Origin: Phoronis australis
Taxonomy: Eukaryota; Animalia; Phoronida
Length of the DNA: 64,000 nt
Reading direction: 5' to 3'
Assembly: GCA_002633005.1 (NCBI GenBank)
Contig: NMRA01000004.1
Location: 749,846-813,845, forward strand
The notes under the pieces are model-generated. The model had not been told where the DNA came from, did no database searches, and worked only from the letters and a program-made list of their open reading frames with translations. Shown in pieces: positions 51,701-63,242 of this stretch; the first letter of the stretch is position 1, and every line of letters starts with the position of its first letter. Position numbers and translations under genes: made by a program.

Positions 51701-54160
51701 TCAATGCCCTTTTGAAGACAACGACAATTTGAACATAAAATAAATTAGTGAGATGATTCCTGGACGACTGGTTGGCCACAGAGCCTCTGTCATATCACGC
51801 ACAATTTCTGTTCGACAGTCACAAACAAAAATGTAAACAATTGTGAATAAGTACAGTACCTATGTTATCGATGTTTGCAGTGTTTAATATTGACTCCAGA
51901 GTATCCTGTCTGGTGGTTAAAGCCTCAAGTTCCTGCAACTGAAAACACAAAAACTGGGTGAAACCGCATATTATCAAATTGAAGGCATCTTTAGCAATTC
52001 CACTTACAAATGAAAGCTGATCACATGCCAGAAAAATGGAGATCTTACATCAAAAATGAAGCAATGAAGCAACACTTGTGGAACTCCTGCTGGTATAAAA
52101 GCAACTTTAAGCGTGAAACTTCGGAAGTAATAAACAGTTGTTTCAGTTCATAAACAGATACTGAACTATAACTAGATCATTAGAAACAATGTAACAAAGT
52201 ATTACTCCTAAACAAAACTGGGAAAGGCCTCAAATTAACAAAATGAATGCATTTTAGGATTTCCATACACCTTCAATTGACGCCATAAATTAACAATGAA
52301 ACTTTAAAGAAAATGTGGTAGTCACAGGCATAATGTAGTCTACCCAAATGACAGGTCTTTCTAAACACAGCTCACGGGCAAAATAAACTCAGTTGACTAA
52401 CTTAAAAACTCATGAGTGACTCACATATACAGCCCGCCGACAGCTAAACACAGTACCAGACTGACGAAACATGGCTTACGCGGGTAAAAAAAACACAGTT
52501 TACACACTTATGCCAGACTCACTAACTTGTGAACAGACTCCACATCCATGTACCGCATCAGCCGAATTATGAGCGTGTTTCTAAGTCTGGAGGTGTTTTT
52601 AAGTGCACAAGCTCTCTTTTGTGGGTCCGGCACTGTGTTCGGGAGTCTGTGAATACGTGAACTGAGTTTATGAGTGAGGAATTATGTTTGTGAGTCAGGC
52701 AGAAGTGTTGTTCGAGTAGTCTATTAATGCAATTTTAAAACTGAAACTCAAAATCTTTTTACTTTGTAATGTTGTTTCAGCTTAAAACATTATCACCAAC
52801 CCGTTGTAACACAATGAGGAAGTGTTTGATGGACAATTATTTTTACTCTCAGGGAAAGTACTAGTTGTGCAACTGTAGGTGGCAATACCAGATTCAGGGC
52901 AAATCATCAAAACAGATACATTCTTTTGCAAGACTCACTTTGTTCTGTTGTTGACTTGTAGTTTCTAATTTGTGCAACTCCAGTTCATTTCCACTGAATT
53001 CACTTGGAAGTACCTTTAACCGTTTTTCAATCTTAGCTATCTCTCGACTACATAAACTGCAAAATAAAATTGGCAAAACCTAGTTTAATTTGAGGTCATC
53101 AATCATTTAATAGGTATTTAAACAATTCATTTGGGTCAAACCAGGGAATTTCAAAGGTAAGTAAATGAATTCAATGCTTATTATGAATGCAAGCATTGTA
53201 ATTAGCTACAAACACATTTTCCACTTCCAGAATTAATCTATGGAAACAGTGACCATGATCTATCAATATCCCAAGTAATCAATAATAAATACAATAAAAC
53301 TAACAACATAATTCTTATTCTGCTTAAGCTTTTACAAATTTACAAATATTTAGAGCCAGGTCCATTAAACAGAAATAAGCTTGTATTTCAAGACTGACAA
53401 GTCATGCTCAACATGACATTTTAAAACACTTTTTCTTACCTTATTTTCTCACACACAGACAATGCTTCAGTCTTAACAAACTTCAATAACCTTTTCTTTT
53501 CTTGATAGGTGACGGCTTGGTCAACTTGATGTAAAACACCTGAATGATAAAACCATGACTTAGATCAAGCTAAAATTAAGTTGTGTCTGCACATGGTAAT
53601 GTGTGCTTTTGAAAAAATATCACATTTGCATGTAAGCAACGTCATGTCAAAGAGATTAACAAGATATTTGAGATGTTTAAACATTCACAGAGAAGGTCAG
53701 TCCCTCAGGCAATTGGTGCATATCTCACTGTTCTTTTAATGCCAACTTTCCTTTACAGGGGAAAACAACAGTTCTTGATGCTGCCTTCATTCAAATTACG
53801 GATCTCTGGTTATTTTGACAGGAAATTTAGACTTAATTATTGTTCTGGGCTATATTAACTAATCATACAACAATAGAAAGTGACTTAAACGACCCGGTAG
53901 TAGGCCTGCATCTTGCTTCACCAAGAAAATTACAATGAAATTCAAACAGTTTGTATTCCATACGAAAAGGACATTAAATTACTTTGCTCCAAGTCTTCTT
54001 GGTTTAAGACCTCCAAACCAAGATCATTGAGCATAGCTGAATCAGACTCATTCACAGCCAGTGTTTGCACATCTGTGTTGTTAGCAGACTCATTATCATT
54101 TTCCCTTTGCTGAGACCTTTCGCCAGTCTCATGGTGTCCTGGTGGCCAATGAAAGTCCAT
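36301..54160 (-). CDS. ERCC6: DNA excision repair protein ERCC-6 (Cockayne syndrome B, SNF2-family ATPase), spliced gene with 20 coding exons, about 1278 aa
   Basis: Exons joined at GT-AG sites with consistent phases (sum 3837 nt): 54160-53983, 53539-53440, 53056-52939, 51938-51860, 51381-50890, 50372-50186, 49203-49078, 47004-46852, 46674-46539, 45955-45785, 43475-43299, 43080-42964, 42201-42106, 41568-41353, 40469-40359, 39995-39781, 39177-38756, 38230-38096, 37802-37613, 36718-36301. SNF2 motifs: [69 protein letters not shown]-specific segments: [42 protein letters not shown]-terminal [18 protein letters not shown]. Confidence 0.96.
37613..37802 (-). CDS. ERCC6: ERCC6 coding exon 19
   Basis: [33 protein letters not shown]. 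Confidence 0.95.
38096..38230 (-). CDS. ERCC6: ERCC6 coding exon 18
   Basis: [20 protein letters not shown]. Confidence 0.92.
38756..39177 (-). CDS. ERCC6: ERCC6 coding exon 17
   Basis: [43 protein letters not shown]. Confidence 0.95.
39781..39995 (-). CDS. ERCC6: ERCC6 coding exon 16 (motifs V-VI)
   Basis: [41 protein letters not shown]. Confidence 0.97.
40359..40469 (-). CDS. ERCC6: ERCC6 coding exon 15
   Basis: [31 protein letters not shown]|gtgag. Confidence 0.95.
41353..41568 (-). CDS. ERCC6: ERCC6 coding exon 14
   Basis: [34 protein letters not shown]. Confidence 0.96.
42106..42201 (-). CDS. ERCC6: ERCC6 coding exon 13
   Basis: [32 protein letters not shown]|gtaag. Confidence 0.93.
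42964..43080 (-). CDS. ERCC6: ERCC6 coding exon 12
   Basis: [34 protein letters not shown]. Confidence 0.95.
43299..43475 (-). CDS. ERCC6: ERCC6 coding exon 11 (motif III)
   Basis: [33 protein letters not shown]. Confidence 0.96.
43994..45135. mobile_element. non-autonomous piggyBac-like DNA transposon in an ERCC6 intron
   Basis: TTAA on both sides (43990-43993, 45136-45139); TIR CTCATTCctCCCTGA / TCAGGGtcGAATGAG; internal acidic peptide relic at 44641-44798. Confidence 0.75.
45785..45955 (-). CDS. ERCC6: ERCC6 coding exon 10 (Walker B)
   Basis: [32 protein letters not shown]|gtgag. Confidence 0.96.
46539..46674 (-). CDS. ERCC6: ERCC6 coding exon 9 (motif Ia)
   Basis: [28 protein letters not shown]. 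Confidence 0.96.
46852..47004 (-). CDS. ERCC6: ERCC6 coding exon 8 (Q motif, Walker A)
   Basis: [40 protein letters not shown]. Confidence 0.96.
47073..48595 (-). mobile_element. 5'-truncated CR1/L2-group LINE (RT C-terminal part, 3'UTR, poly-A) in an ERCC6 intron
   Basis: GVPQGS..GPLLF, FLYADDT, LQTDL...W...[29 protein letters not shown]; one stop at 48259 and an internal deletion; AATAAA at 47087-47092 and an A tail at 47073-47082. Confidence 0.9.
49078..49203 (-). CDS. ERCC6: ERCC6 coding exon 7
   Basis: [16 protein letters not shown]|gtgag; not in the ORF track. Confidence 0.92.
50186..50372 (-). CDS. ERCC6: ERCC6 coding exon 6
   Basis: basic NLS-like run, ends [13 protein letters not shown]|gtaat. 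Confidence 0.9.
50890..51381 (-). CDS. ERCC6: ERCC6 coding exon 5
   Basis: GEVTPFGT and FEKYL motifs, acidic [10 protein letters not shown] stretch. Confidence 0.9.
51860..51938 (-). CDS. ERCC6: ERCC6 coding exon 4
   Basis: cag|[18 protein letters not shown]..|gtact; phases match neighbouring exons. Confidence 0.75.
52939..53056 (-). CDS. ERCC6: ERCC6 coding exon 3 (coiled coil)
   Basis: cag|..[19 protein letters not shown]|gtgag. Confidence 0.8.
53440..53539 (-). CDS. ERCC6: ERCC6 coding exon 2
   Basis: cag|..[18 protein letters not shown]..|gtaag. Confidence 0.85.
53983..54160 (-). CDS. ERCC6: ERCC6 coding exon 1
   Basis: MDFHWP...[13 protein letters not shown], resembling the CSB N-terminal LGVDVYDQDVLEQ segment; donor gtaatt. 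Confidence 0.8.
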
Positions 54161-55032
54161 ACCTTAAAAACAGAACAAGTCATTAAAAATGCTCATCTTG
54201 TACTCCTTAGGCAAAAGATTGGATAAAGACAAAACAAGATTACATACCTAATCATGCCATACTCATAAGGTAGGCCTAAATGTTCATGCACAGGGGTAAA
54301 GAATTCTCTGACTTTTGCTGTAACTGAATAAGAGGTTTCCTTGATCAATTTGAAACAGTTTTCCAATTTCAGCCAGTTCACTTTCTATAACTGTAGTTAA
54401 AACTCCATTGTGTGTGACCTTCATCTACTGATTCTGCTTCAATGAGCAATCCATAGACTCCATGACCTCCCTGTTTAATGGTTGGCTTACTGACTAATAA
54501 TTGGCAAAGGTGCCCCTCTACACATGACGAAAAGCATGATTTTACATGGTCCAACAGGTGTAATTCCCAGAAAAAGCTTCGAGAGTATAACCTTAAATAG
54601 GATATCCAACCGTCCTAGCTGTGCTAGATCAAGGACAGTGAGCAATGTATTAATCATTAGGCCTAAGTGTTAAATTGCAGACTACCATCAAATTATTTTG
54701 TCTGTTTTCTGTGATGTACAAGCTTAATGGTTTTGTATAAATAATCAATAGGCCGTGCTCCAACATTATATGGCTTGAATAAATAAAGTACGTTTAACCC
54801 TTTACAGGCAAAAAGAAATGCGAAGGCCGGGGGTTATTGGGATAATTTCGTTATGACTTATGTAAGCAGTTCCCGTCTGTGCTGGCAGAATGACATTGGA
54901 TTTCGCGAAGTGTTACTGTAAGCTAATATAGCAGAAAGTCTTTTTAAATCCTCAGTGCAGAAGTCTCTAAGCTTAGTAGTAATATGACTGTAATACTCTC
55001 AGGATCACGGCATTTCAGAGAAAACTACTTAC

Positions 55033-55039
55033 TCGACAT
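55033..55039 (-). CDS. ERCC6: possible first (mostly 5'UTR) exon of ERCC6 contributing ATG TCG A
   Basis: Strong donor A|GTAAGT at 55032. ATGTCGA joined to the acceptor at 54162 (GT ATG GAC) reads in frame M-S-S-M-D-F. Confidence 0.4.
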
Positions 55040-57260
55040 CAAGATTCGCCCACCTTCCTTGCTTCCAATGCTTTGTTGGTGCTTTTGTCAGCACGATTTT
55101 GTTTTTGTTTTCATTGCTAAAGACTGCTGCCTCTACAACAGTGCTCCTGTTGGCCGAGAATCTAACTAACAAAGTGCTGTCGTACACTCAAATTAGTAGC
55201 TGGGAGTAATATGAACATAGTCTTAGATTAGTAGTGAGGAAAAGTTTTTGGTTATTAACGTATTTGTTATATTTTTCTTTTTACCTTTTCTTTTTTCTAT
55301 TTTACAAGAGTGAAGACAGCATTTTTAATACACCTGAAAGAACACTGATCTTGATTGAACATGGCGGGCTGCGCCGCCCATGTTGAATGACCAAAAATTG
55401 AACAGAGCCTAGCCGTTTTCGCCGAACGCGATTAGATTTGAAAACCAAACGAGTAAAGTGAGGTAGTAAAATTATCAAATTTCAGATGGTGGTATTAACA
55501 GTTTGTTTAATTAGATAATCTCAACGTGACCCAATGCATGCCATTGCTATGGTAGTTATCGAAGAAATGCTTTACGGAAATTGCGCAAACGACTTTTCCA
55601 ATCATTTATCTGCACGATTCAAACTCAAGCACATAAAGTTCATACGTTCATAGGAATACACCTGTAATTTCACGCTGAATTTACATGAAAGGGTTACGAG
55701 TGCGGATGGGGACTCATGTGTACCGCGGATACTCATAACTGAGCGAAATAATTAAGGAATCTGGCGTTGAGTGAATAGCTTAATGCGCGAGTCGCCGCGG
55801 ACAGATACGACGGCTACATGCACATATGTGGGTACATGAAAACGTAAACAAAAGGACAAGAAAATTACATTTCAGTGTGCGTTGTTGTGTTTTGTAAATT
55901 GTAAAGTCGTTGACTTAAACAAATTCATAATGTCCTAAACCAATCATGCTAAACGTGTATGTTACATAATAATTCGCCCTGTTCACAGCTAAAAATCCAA
56001 TTAGATCTTTTGCTCTCGCAAAATCGGTCTCGTAATATTTCTTACAGTGACAGGATTTTCCTCCGTAACCAACAAGACCATTATTGAGGACCGTTTATTG
56101 CGTGCGTCAGCCTTCATTAGGCGAAAATAACCTTCAGTAGCGTCCATTTCACCCTGGCTCGGTTTCAAATCGTCAGTATAGAGAGTGTACCAGCAAACAG
56201 TAAACTAAACAATTCTACAACATGTGATACAAAATGAAATTAATTTGAATGCCTAGCCTATATACAGACACAGAACTCCAAAGGTTTCCTGAGTACCGCG
56301 AATTGTCCAGGTGATGATTATGAGTTCAGTCAACTTCATAATATGAGGTTGTCGCCTGAATGTTCGCTGACAGCCTGACGTTCTTCAAATTATTGGTCTC
56401 GTATTCATCAGACAACCCATCTGGCAAGGTTAGGTAGGAACTTCCACAAGCCTATGTAGTTAGCCAAGTATTTACGAAACTATAAATTTTTACTCAGTAG
56501 AAGTGGTATATAATTTCCTTTTCATGCTATAAACAGTCTCACTAAATAAGGCCCAAACCCCGCCTATCAGGGTGAAAGGTGGGGTTTGGCAGATTGAACT
56601 AGACCGTATTTATCCACCTTGGCTGAGTTGCGCTCGGCTCTCAATCAAAGGGATCCCGCGAAGCTGCTCTATTCAACGAGTCACGAGCGAGGATAATTGG
56701 CTTCGCTCATGCGGATATGATCAGCTGATTACAATCTAGCGTAGCAGACTGTACTTTTTACATAGAGAGTTTTACGTAGTTTTTGCTGTAATATTTGAAA
56801 AGAGCATGAGTACAACAGCACAACAGCAACACTCACGGCTAGTTTCATTTGGCGCGCACGAATACGAAAATATAGGACGCAAGTTATTTAGATTTTGGAA
56901 CACATGCATAGCAAAATTCAAAATACGTTTATTATAAATCTTACAAGCTGCAAAACGACGTTGTTTAATTTCATTGTGCTCATTCATTGTCATCCGTCAA
57001 ATCGGAAATTTCCGAGATGTGAACTGCGGCGTGCGCGTTTGTGCACAAAACACGTGCTTGTTATGTTCCTGAAGTACGAAACTTTAGCATGCCGTTATAT
57101 TATTGACAGGGACACGATGAAACGAATTTGGATTTTGGCTATAGTCTTTATACAGCGAGCTTACTGACCACTGCGTCAGTGTCTCCGTTAGACCCAGAAA
57201 TTTCACACAGCCCGGGTAGTTCACCTCGTCCCCAACGTGTAGATCGAGCCTTGGACTACT

Positions 57261-58579
57261 ACAGCCGATTTCATAAAGGTGGTTTAAAGTTAAACCTGGT
57301 TTAAACTGGACTTAGACCAAGCTTAAAGATAATCTGCATTTCATAAAGGTAGCTTAACTTTTAGACCAGTGGTCTAGTAAAACCTGGTTTAACTCCAATT
57401 TAGACCTGGTCTAAGTCAGTTTTCATTTCAACAACGAAGTCTATATTCTTTAGATCTGTATTAAGATCTTAAACCAGGTTTAACTTTAGACTTGGTCAGA
57501 CCTAGGTTTAACTGTTAAATATGACAGACTTGCATGATATAGGTGCAACTGAATGAGGCCGCGGTGTGCATTTACGACGCAGTTTTAGAGCGAAAAGGGA
57601 CTATTTTCAATATTCAGTTTTACGACGACACAAGATCAAACGTAGCAGGGGCGGATTCACGACTTTTAAGGGGAGAGGGTCGGTCAAGGACTTTTTAAAA
57701 GGGGGGACCAAGTCAACAATTTGAAAATTATAGATTTGATCTCACTAAAATCAAGCAAAAAGGGAGTCAGGACCCCTTGATCCCCTTGGATCAGCCTATG
57801 TGTAGACCAGTTCGTGCTGGATAGTGTCCTGCGGATTCTTCAGAATACAACTGGTCGAGCAGGGCGTCATCGTCATAAGCGCTACGGGTTTGACTGAAGA
57901 CAGCATTTTCTGATTCTTCTGAGTTCCACCTCCATTGGTCTCCGACTTAATGTTACCAGGAAGGGGTCTTGCCCCCTTTGGCCGCGAAAAATAAACACTA
58001 AAATGGCACGGAAATAAATTTGGACATTTATATTACGGCTAATCGTAAGCATGTACTTTAATGTGTGTAGACGTGTATACACATTACATTTTTCCTCATG
58101 AGAAAAGCTTTTACACCTTTTTCGCAAATGTCTGCACTGATTCTACTAGTGTGTGCCATTGTATACCCACGTGGTCAAGGTTTCATTGAAGCACTTCAAT
58201 AGTTTCTTTGTTGGTTTAATCCAAATCGACACAGCAAGGTGGCTTAGATACTTAATTAAACCTGGCGTGCGTTCAGTAGACGCTAGGACCTACGCTAGGA
58301 CCTAGCTAAAACCTAGTCAAAGTCACGTGCTCTCATTTAAAATATACGGCCATATCTCACGTAATCTCGCGAAGTCCTGCTTTTTAGCGAGGTCCTAGCG
58401 TTACTGAACAGGAGGCTGGTTTTACTAAACCGGCTCCCTGGTCTAACAAAACCAGGCTTTCAGACTTTTAAACCACGTTGGTGAAAAGCAAATTGGGTCT
58501 AAAATTAGACCAGGTGTAGAAAGACCAGGTTTAAGTCTTAAACCTGGTTTTGTTAAACCACCTTTATGAAATCGGCTGT
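57261..58579. mobile_element. PIF/Harbinger-like non-autonomous element with nested MITEs
   Basis: TIR ACAGCCGATTTCATAAAGGTGGTTTAA / TTAAACCACCTTTATGAAATCGGCTGT; subterminal AAACCTGGTTT/AGACCAGGT repeats; convergent relics RRSFRAKRDYF..YDD (+) and RKRCKSFSHEEK (-). Confidence 0.7.
58261..58419. mobile_element. MITE, same family as 26335-26490
   Basis: GTTCAGTA..CGCTAGGACCT ... AGGTCCTAGCGTTACTGAAC inverted ends. Confidence 0.75.
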
Positions 58580-58859
58580 TTGAGTTTAAAATTGTCTATT
58601 TTTCAAAAAAATGTTATATTGCAATTATTTTTTAACTTTTAATGTTTTATAATAAATTTTGTTTTAACTTTAAGTAGTTAAACGGTAGATTGCGAATATT
58701 ATTATTTATTTGATTGCATTGTCCATCATTANAATTAGACCAGGTGTAGAAAGACCAGGTTTAAGTCTTAAACCTGGTTTTGTTAAACCACCTTTATGAA
58801 ATCGGCTGATATTGTCAAAAGTATGGATTTCAAGAAGTTTGGTTAAATCAAGGCGTTGT

Positions 58860-59400
58860 GTGTGAAAATATTATTCTGCTAATTTTTGAATAAGGGATTA
58901 TTATTTGCAAGGATGGAGACAGAGTGTTGAGAGTAATCATAAGCCGTATTTTTACACTCAAATTACAAAAGAATTCAAATGGGAAAAATTTAAGTTTGAG
59001 CATACCCCGTGCACAAATTGTGTCCATGGCACGTTTTAGTTGTTCTAACCTTATTCTCATGATTGAAGTAGCAGGCACTTGAATTTAAATACGGCAAACA
59101 GAGTGTGTGCCTTCTGCCTCAATGTTGTGAAAGACGAGTATCATTTTCTTCTAAGCTGTGATAAATATTCTGAACTGAGAGAAAATTATACTGAAGTGTA
59201 CTACTGGAATATTCCGCCTTTTTTAAGTTCAATAGATTAATGTCAACAAGTGAAGATGCTAAATTAGTTAACCTATGTAAATATGTATTTTTTGCTTTTT
59301 GACTCCGTGATAACTTGCTGCACTTTTTAAAAAGTATTTTACATGCTGTTCTTTTGTAAAGTGGGCCTGTGGTCTTTATTGCAGAAGTAAATTGATTGAT
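58860..59400 (+). mobile_element. 3' end relic of an RTEX-like LINE
   Basis: MARFSCSN..LMIE..G, RVCAFC..VVKDEYHFLLSCDKYSELR (zinc-knuckle like), ends in ttgattgat short repeats. Confidence 0.7.
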
Positions 59401-62019
59401 AATTAAAAATAAAACTTATTATTGCGATGTTGCATTTTAAAGGTACGTGTACCAAAGTTTTCAAAATCAACAGACTTCGAAGGAACTCTTCCTGGCTATA
59501 TTACACTTGGATAAACCTCTTGTCGGAATTATTAGTCATATTAGTCGAACTCTTGTTGGACATGAATGTGACACTGCGCCTAGTAACTGATTGTTTGTGA
59601 ATGGACTAATATGTAGTAAGATTTCGCGATTTCGACTGCCTAAATGGAACAACAACTGTTGCGTTTTTGCTGAGATTTATCTAGAATTGAAATGGACTCT
59701 AGTCATAATGAAATATTTAGTAGGCGTTTCTTGCGCTGAAACCCAATTTTTTACATTTTCCAGTTTATTTTGAAAACTACCTTATGATAGTCTTTGCACC
59801 TTCGCAAACGTCGGTCATTTTTTTCCGTAGCGCTCTAAGGCAGCTTAGCCCAAAAGAAAGGAAATCTGTCTACCCGACGATGAATCTTGGCGGCTCCATT
59901 TTTCTGACATAAGACGGAATTCGTAGATCTAGTCCAAGAAATGAGGATGCTATGACAGTTACCCGCAAAACGGGACCAAAACTCGGATGCATTGTGATCG
60001 ACAAAGCTATATTTCTGGATTACTGAGGGTTACTCTTTGCTAAACTTTCGAATAATGCGCGCTTTAAAAGTGAATGATTATACTCCATCTCATTCTCAGA
60101 CGGAAACATTTAGTATGAGAATGACTTGAAGAATTTTTTATAAGGTTACTTAAGTTGCTCATAGCTTTGGAACTGGGAACAGCCCAGTACTCCGAAGGCA
60201 ATACTCCAAAGGTTCACAACTCCGAAGGTTCACGACCCCGAAAATGTGTGAAATTTCGGACTAAGATGTAATTTCTATACTTCCATATTCAAAAGCACAC
60301 ATTTCGGTTAAAACACAGTGGCATATCTACGTGTGGTAATGATACTGAGAACAACAACCGAGTATTATTAAAAGAAACTGTAACTGTTTGGGTTTCTTGC
60401 TCATGCGAAAGTGGGATCCAAAGCATTTCTTATGAATACGGGAAAATGAATGCTTACTTGCATTTTGAAAAAATATGAAGTAGGAATATTGGTGAATTAT
60501 TAACCACGATACATTCACCAAATCCATGTCAAGATCGCATCATTTCACAATGTGACTAAGAAGTTAATCCGTAGCACTTCAACCTCACCCACCACTTCGA
60601 AATAAGTACCGGGTTGGAGCTAAATTTACTAAGTTACCCAGATCCTGCCAGTCTTCACCAAATCAGAGAGTTACATCAACTTTTCCTAATCCGTCCGTAT
60701 GTCGCCGCAACCATTGAATGAAATGCCAAGTGCCCCCCATGTTGGCCCTGTTTTAAAATGAGTCGTTTTAAATTCAGGAGTCGCGATTGTGAATGATTGG
60801 AACTGAGCTCATTGGCAAACAAAGCAATCAATAATTTAAGAACTCTTCATTTTTTTTGCGCACCCTTAAAATGGTTACTAAATGGACACGTATACAATAG
60901 TTTATGAATGTCAGTTCCGCCTCATTAGCAGACATAACTGTCGGACTTATGAATCTAGATTCGCAATAGTGAACCTTAGCAGTAAACTTAGAAGAGATTT
61001 GTAACCTTGGAAATCTCTTCCAACAAGTTTTCTTGTTGCTCGTGTGAAGTTTGTGAGGTTGTGCCCCATTGACAATAATTTACAAGAGAAGACTTTTCTT
61101 CGTTGGCCGAAAATTTATTATGTCTAATCTTAATAACGTGAACATGCTAGTCAGCGGGTAGTGAAATGTTTGCTTTTCAAGCAACGATAAAAGACTGCGT
61201 ATTGCAGTTACGTGTACTGTATGTAAAAGAATGAAAACGCACACATCACATATGCATGTTAATCCACCAATCCACAACTGTATCGTGCACTGGCTGAGCA
61301 ACATAGCGACGCCTTCACTTTCAATTTGAAAATTAAACTGAAGAGCTTGCACATCACTCTACGCTGGCAACTATACCTAAAAATCAGGGAACGAAGGTGC
61401 TGTTTTGTTGGTTGATAGATTTTTACCCATTCACACATTACTTTTTGGGACCTCTCGCTGCTCTATAGTTATAGACATTTAGTTACAGGCCCGTGTTACC
61501 CTATGGTAAACTCACCACGCGTGTTCAACGTGGTAGTCAATCGCTTAACATAAAGCGTCTTCTAATCGTCGTCTGTACGAACCTTTCACCTTGTATGCAA
61601 ACACATGGCCACTTGAAGATGTTGGCCAGATACGGCCCAAGTCAAATATCAAAGCGATTTGATTCAGAACCAAATTTGAAATTATTAGCAACTTGATTAT
61701 TATTGTAGTTAGTAGCACCAGTAATATCTAAAACAATTTTGTTGATATTGTTTTTCATCTACATGTACATGTATATCCTATTCGTAACGGATATGCTGGG
61801 GCTGGACCTTTTCCGCGGGAAGGGATGGTGGGGGGGGGGGGGTTCGATAGAGCCCCCCAAACCCACTCCCGCCGGCTACGGGCTTATTTAAGCACTACTT
61901 AAACCTGGAATTTTTTTAAAGAAAAGAACGCTAATGAGTTCAGAGTAGTCTCAACATCAGAAACGATTGCTTTTACAATACATTGTAATCTGCAGTCAAA
62001 AACAGCTTTTTAAATGAAA

Positions 62020-63040
62020 AGACAACTATTTTAGGTTCAAGGAGACCATGTCCTGCTAAACCAGAGAAATGCTTTCTCCCAACAAGTTTTTGTAAAGAGA
62101 AATAGATTTACTCAAGTGTCCAAGGCTGTTGAAACGTCTGTGGAAGCTTCTGAGAGTTACATGGAGACAGAAGATTTTGCCTGATGTTTTGTGTAAAGCA
62201 GAGGGGTGTACATCCCAAAGGTGAAGAGAGACATCAGGATTGGTGATTTTCATAGGTGTAGAGGGAAAGATCTTTTTGCAGTCATTTCAGGCAGGATGAT
62301 GAGCAACAAGTTTGTAGATGCATCGGTACAGAAGGGTGGAATTCCTCGATATGCAGGGTGTCTGGAGCATAATAGCGCCATAACAGAGCTCATTAAAGAT
62401 GCTAAGCGAAATAAGACAGATTTAGCAGTGGTATGGCTGGACATGGCAAATGCCTATAGATCGATGCCCCACGCACTAACTGAATTTGCAATGGAGACCT
62501 ACCATATTCCTAGAGAACTTCGGGATCTCACTACAAGTTACTTCCAAGGGACTTATATGAGGTTCACAGTCAACGTCTTCACTACGAACTGGCAGTCGCT
62601 TGAGAAAGGGACAGTGACAGGGAGCACCGTATCGATCATCCTTTTTATCATGGCTATGAAGGCTATCATCAAGCGGGCTAGGAAAAAGTGCAGGGTAAAA
62701 GGACTAGACCTTGCAGAACATTTGTGGATGATTTGACAATTACAACTATGACAGGGTTTGCCGTAGGTGCCAATTGGTTGGTCAAGACACTGGGCGACAT
62801 AGCTAATTGGGCACGCATGAGTTTCAAGGTGGAGAAGTCTCGTAACTTGTGATTGTAAAGGGAAAAGTCAACCCACGCCAAGACTAGGCAGGATCATAGG
62901 CCCTTCAATCTGGGAGCAGAAAACCAGTTAAATACTTAGGCTAGTCCCACAGCGGGTCTTTGAAAGATGTGGAACACGTAAAGGCAACCATCAAAGAGCT
63001 GAATGAAAACTTGATCAAGATTGAGAAGAGCGGTTAGATT
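62020..63040 (+). mobile_element. decayed Hero/NeSL-like (R2-group) non-LTR retrotransposon RT fragment
   Basis: VQKGGIP..AGCLEH..I..AK.NK.DLAVVWLDMANAY.S.PH, WQ.LEKG..TG...S.ILF, FVDDLT (after a frameshift), WARM.FK..KSR. Confidence 0.85.
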
Positions 63041-63115
63041 CAAAATTATCGGCGAGGATCATATATAAATTTGACGTGGGCTTCCCTTCAATTTTCAGAG
63101 AAGTTTTTATTTACT

Positions 63116-63242
63116 GGCAGCGCAAGCAAGCTCAAGCGTAGCACTTACTAGGCGAGCCTCAGCCAAGCTGCCGCAGGCAGCGCAGGCAAGATCCAGCGTA
63201 GCGCTTAGGCGGGCCTCGGCCGAGCTGCCGCAGGCAGCGCAA
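63116..63242. repeat. GC-rich tandem repeat, about 59-bp unit, about 2 copies
   Basis: GGCAGCGCA.GCAAG..C.AGCGTAGC.CTTA..GGCG.GCCTC.GCC.AGCTGCCGCA repeated. Confidence 0.8.

Noticed and set aside
58733-58808. Second copy of the right Harbinger-like TIR suggesting a tandem element
   Set aside because: It begins directly after the N at 58732 and duplicates 58502-58578, so it is a likely haplotype or assembly artefact.
60188-60243. Repeated ACTCCGAAGG units resembling a CRISPR-like array
   Set aside because: Only about 4 units with a 15-bp period and no unique spacers; eukaryotic context; typical MITE subterminal repeats.
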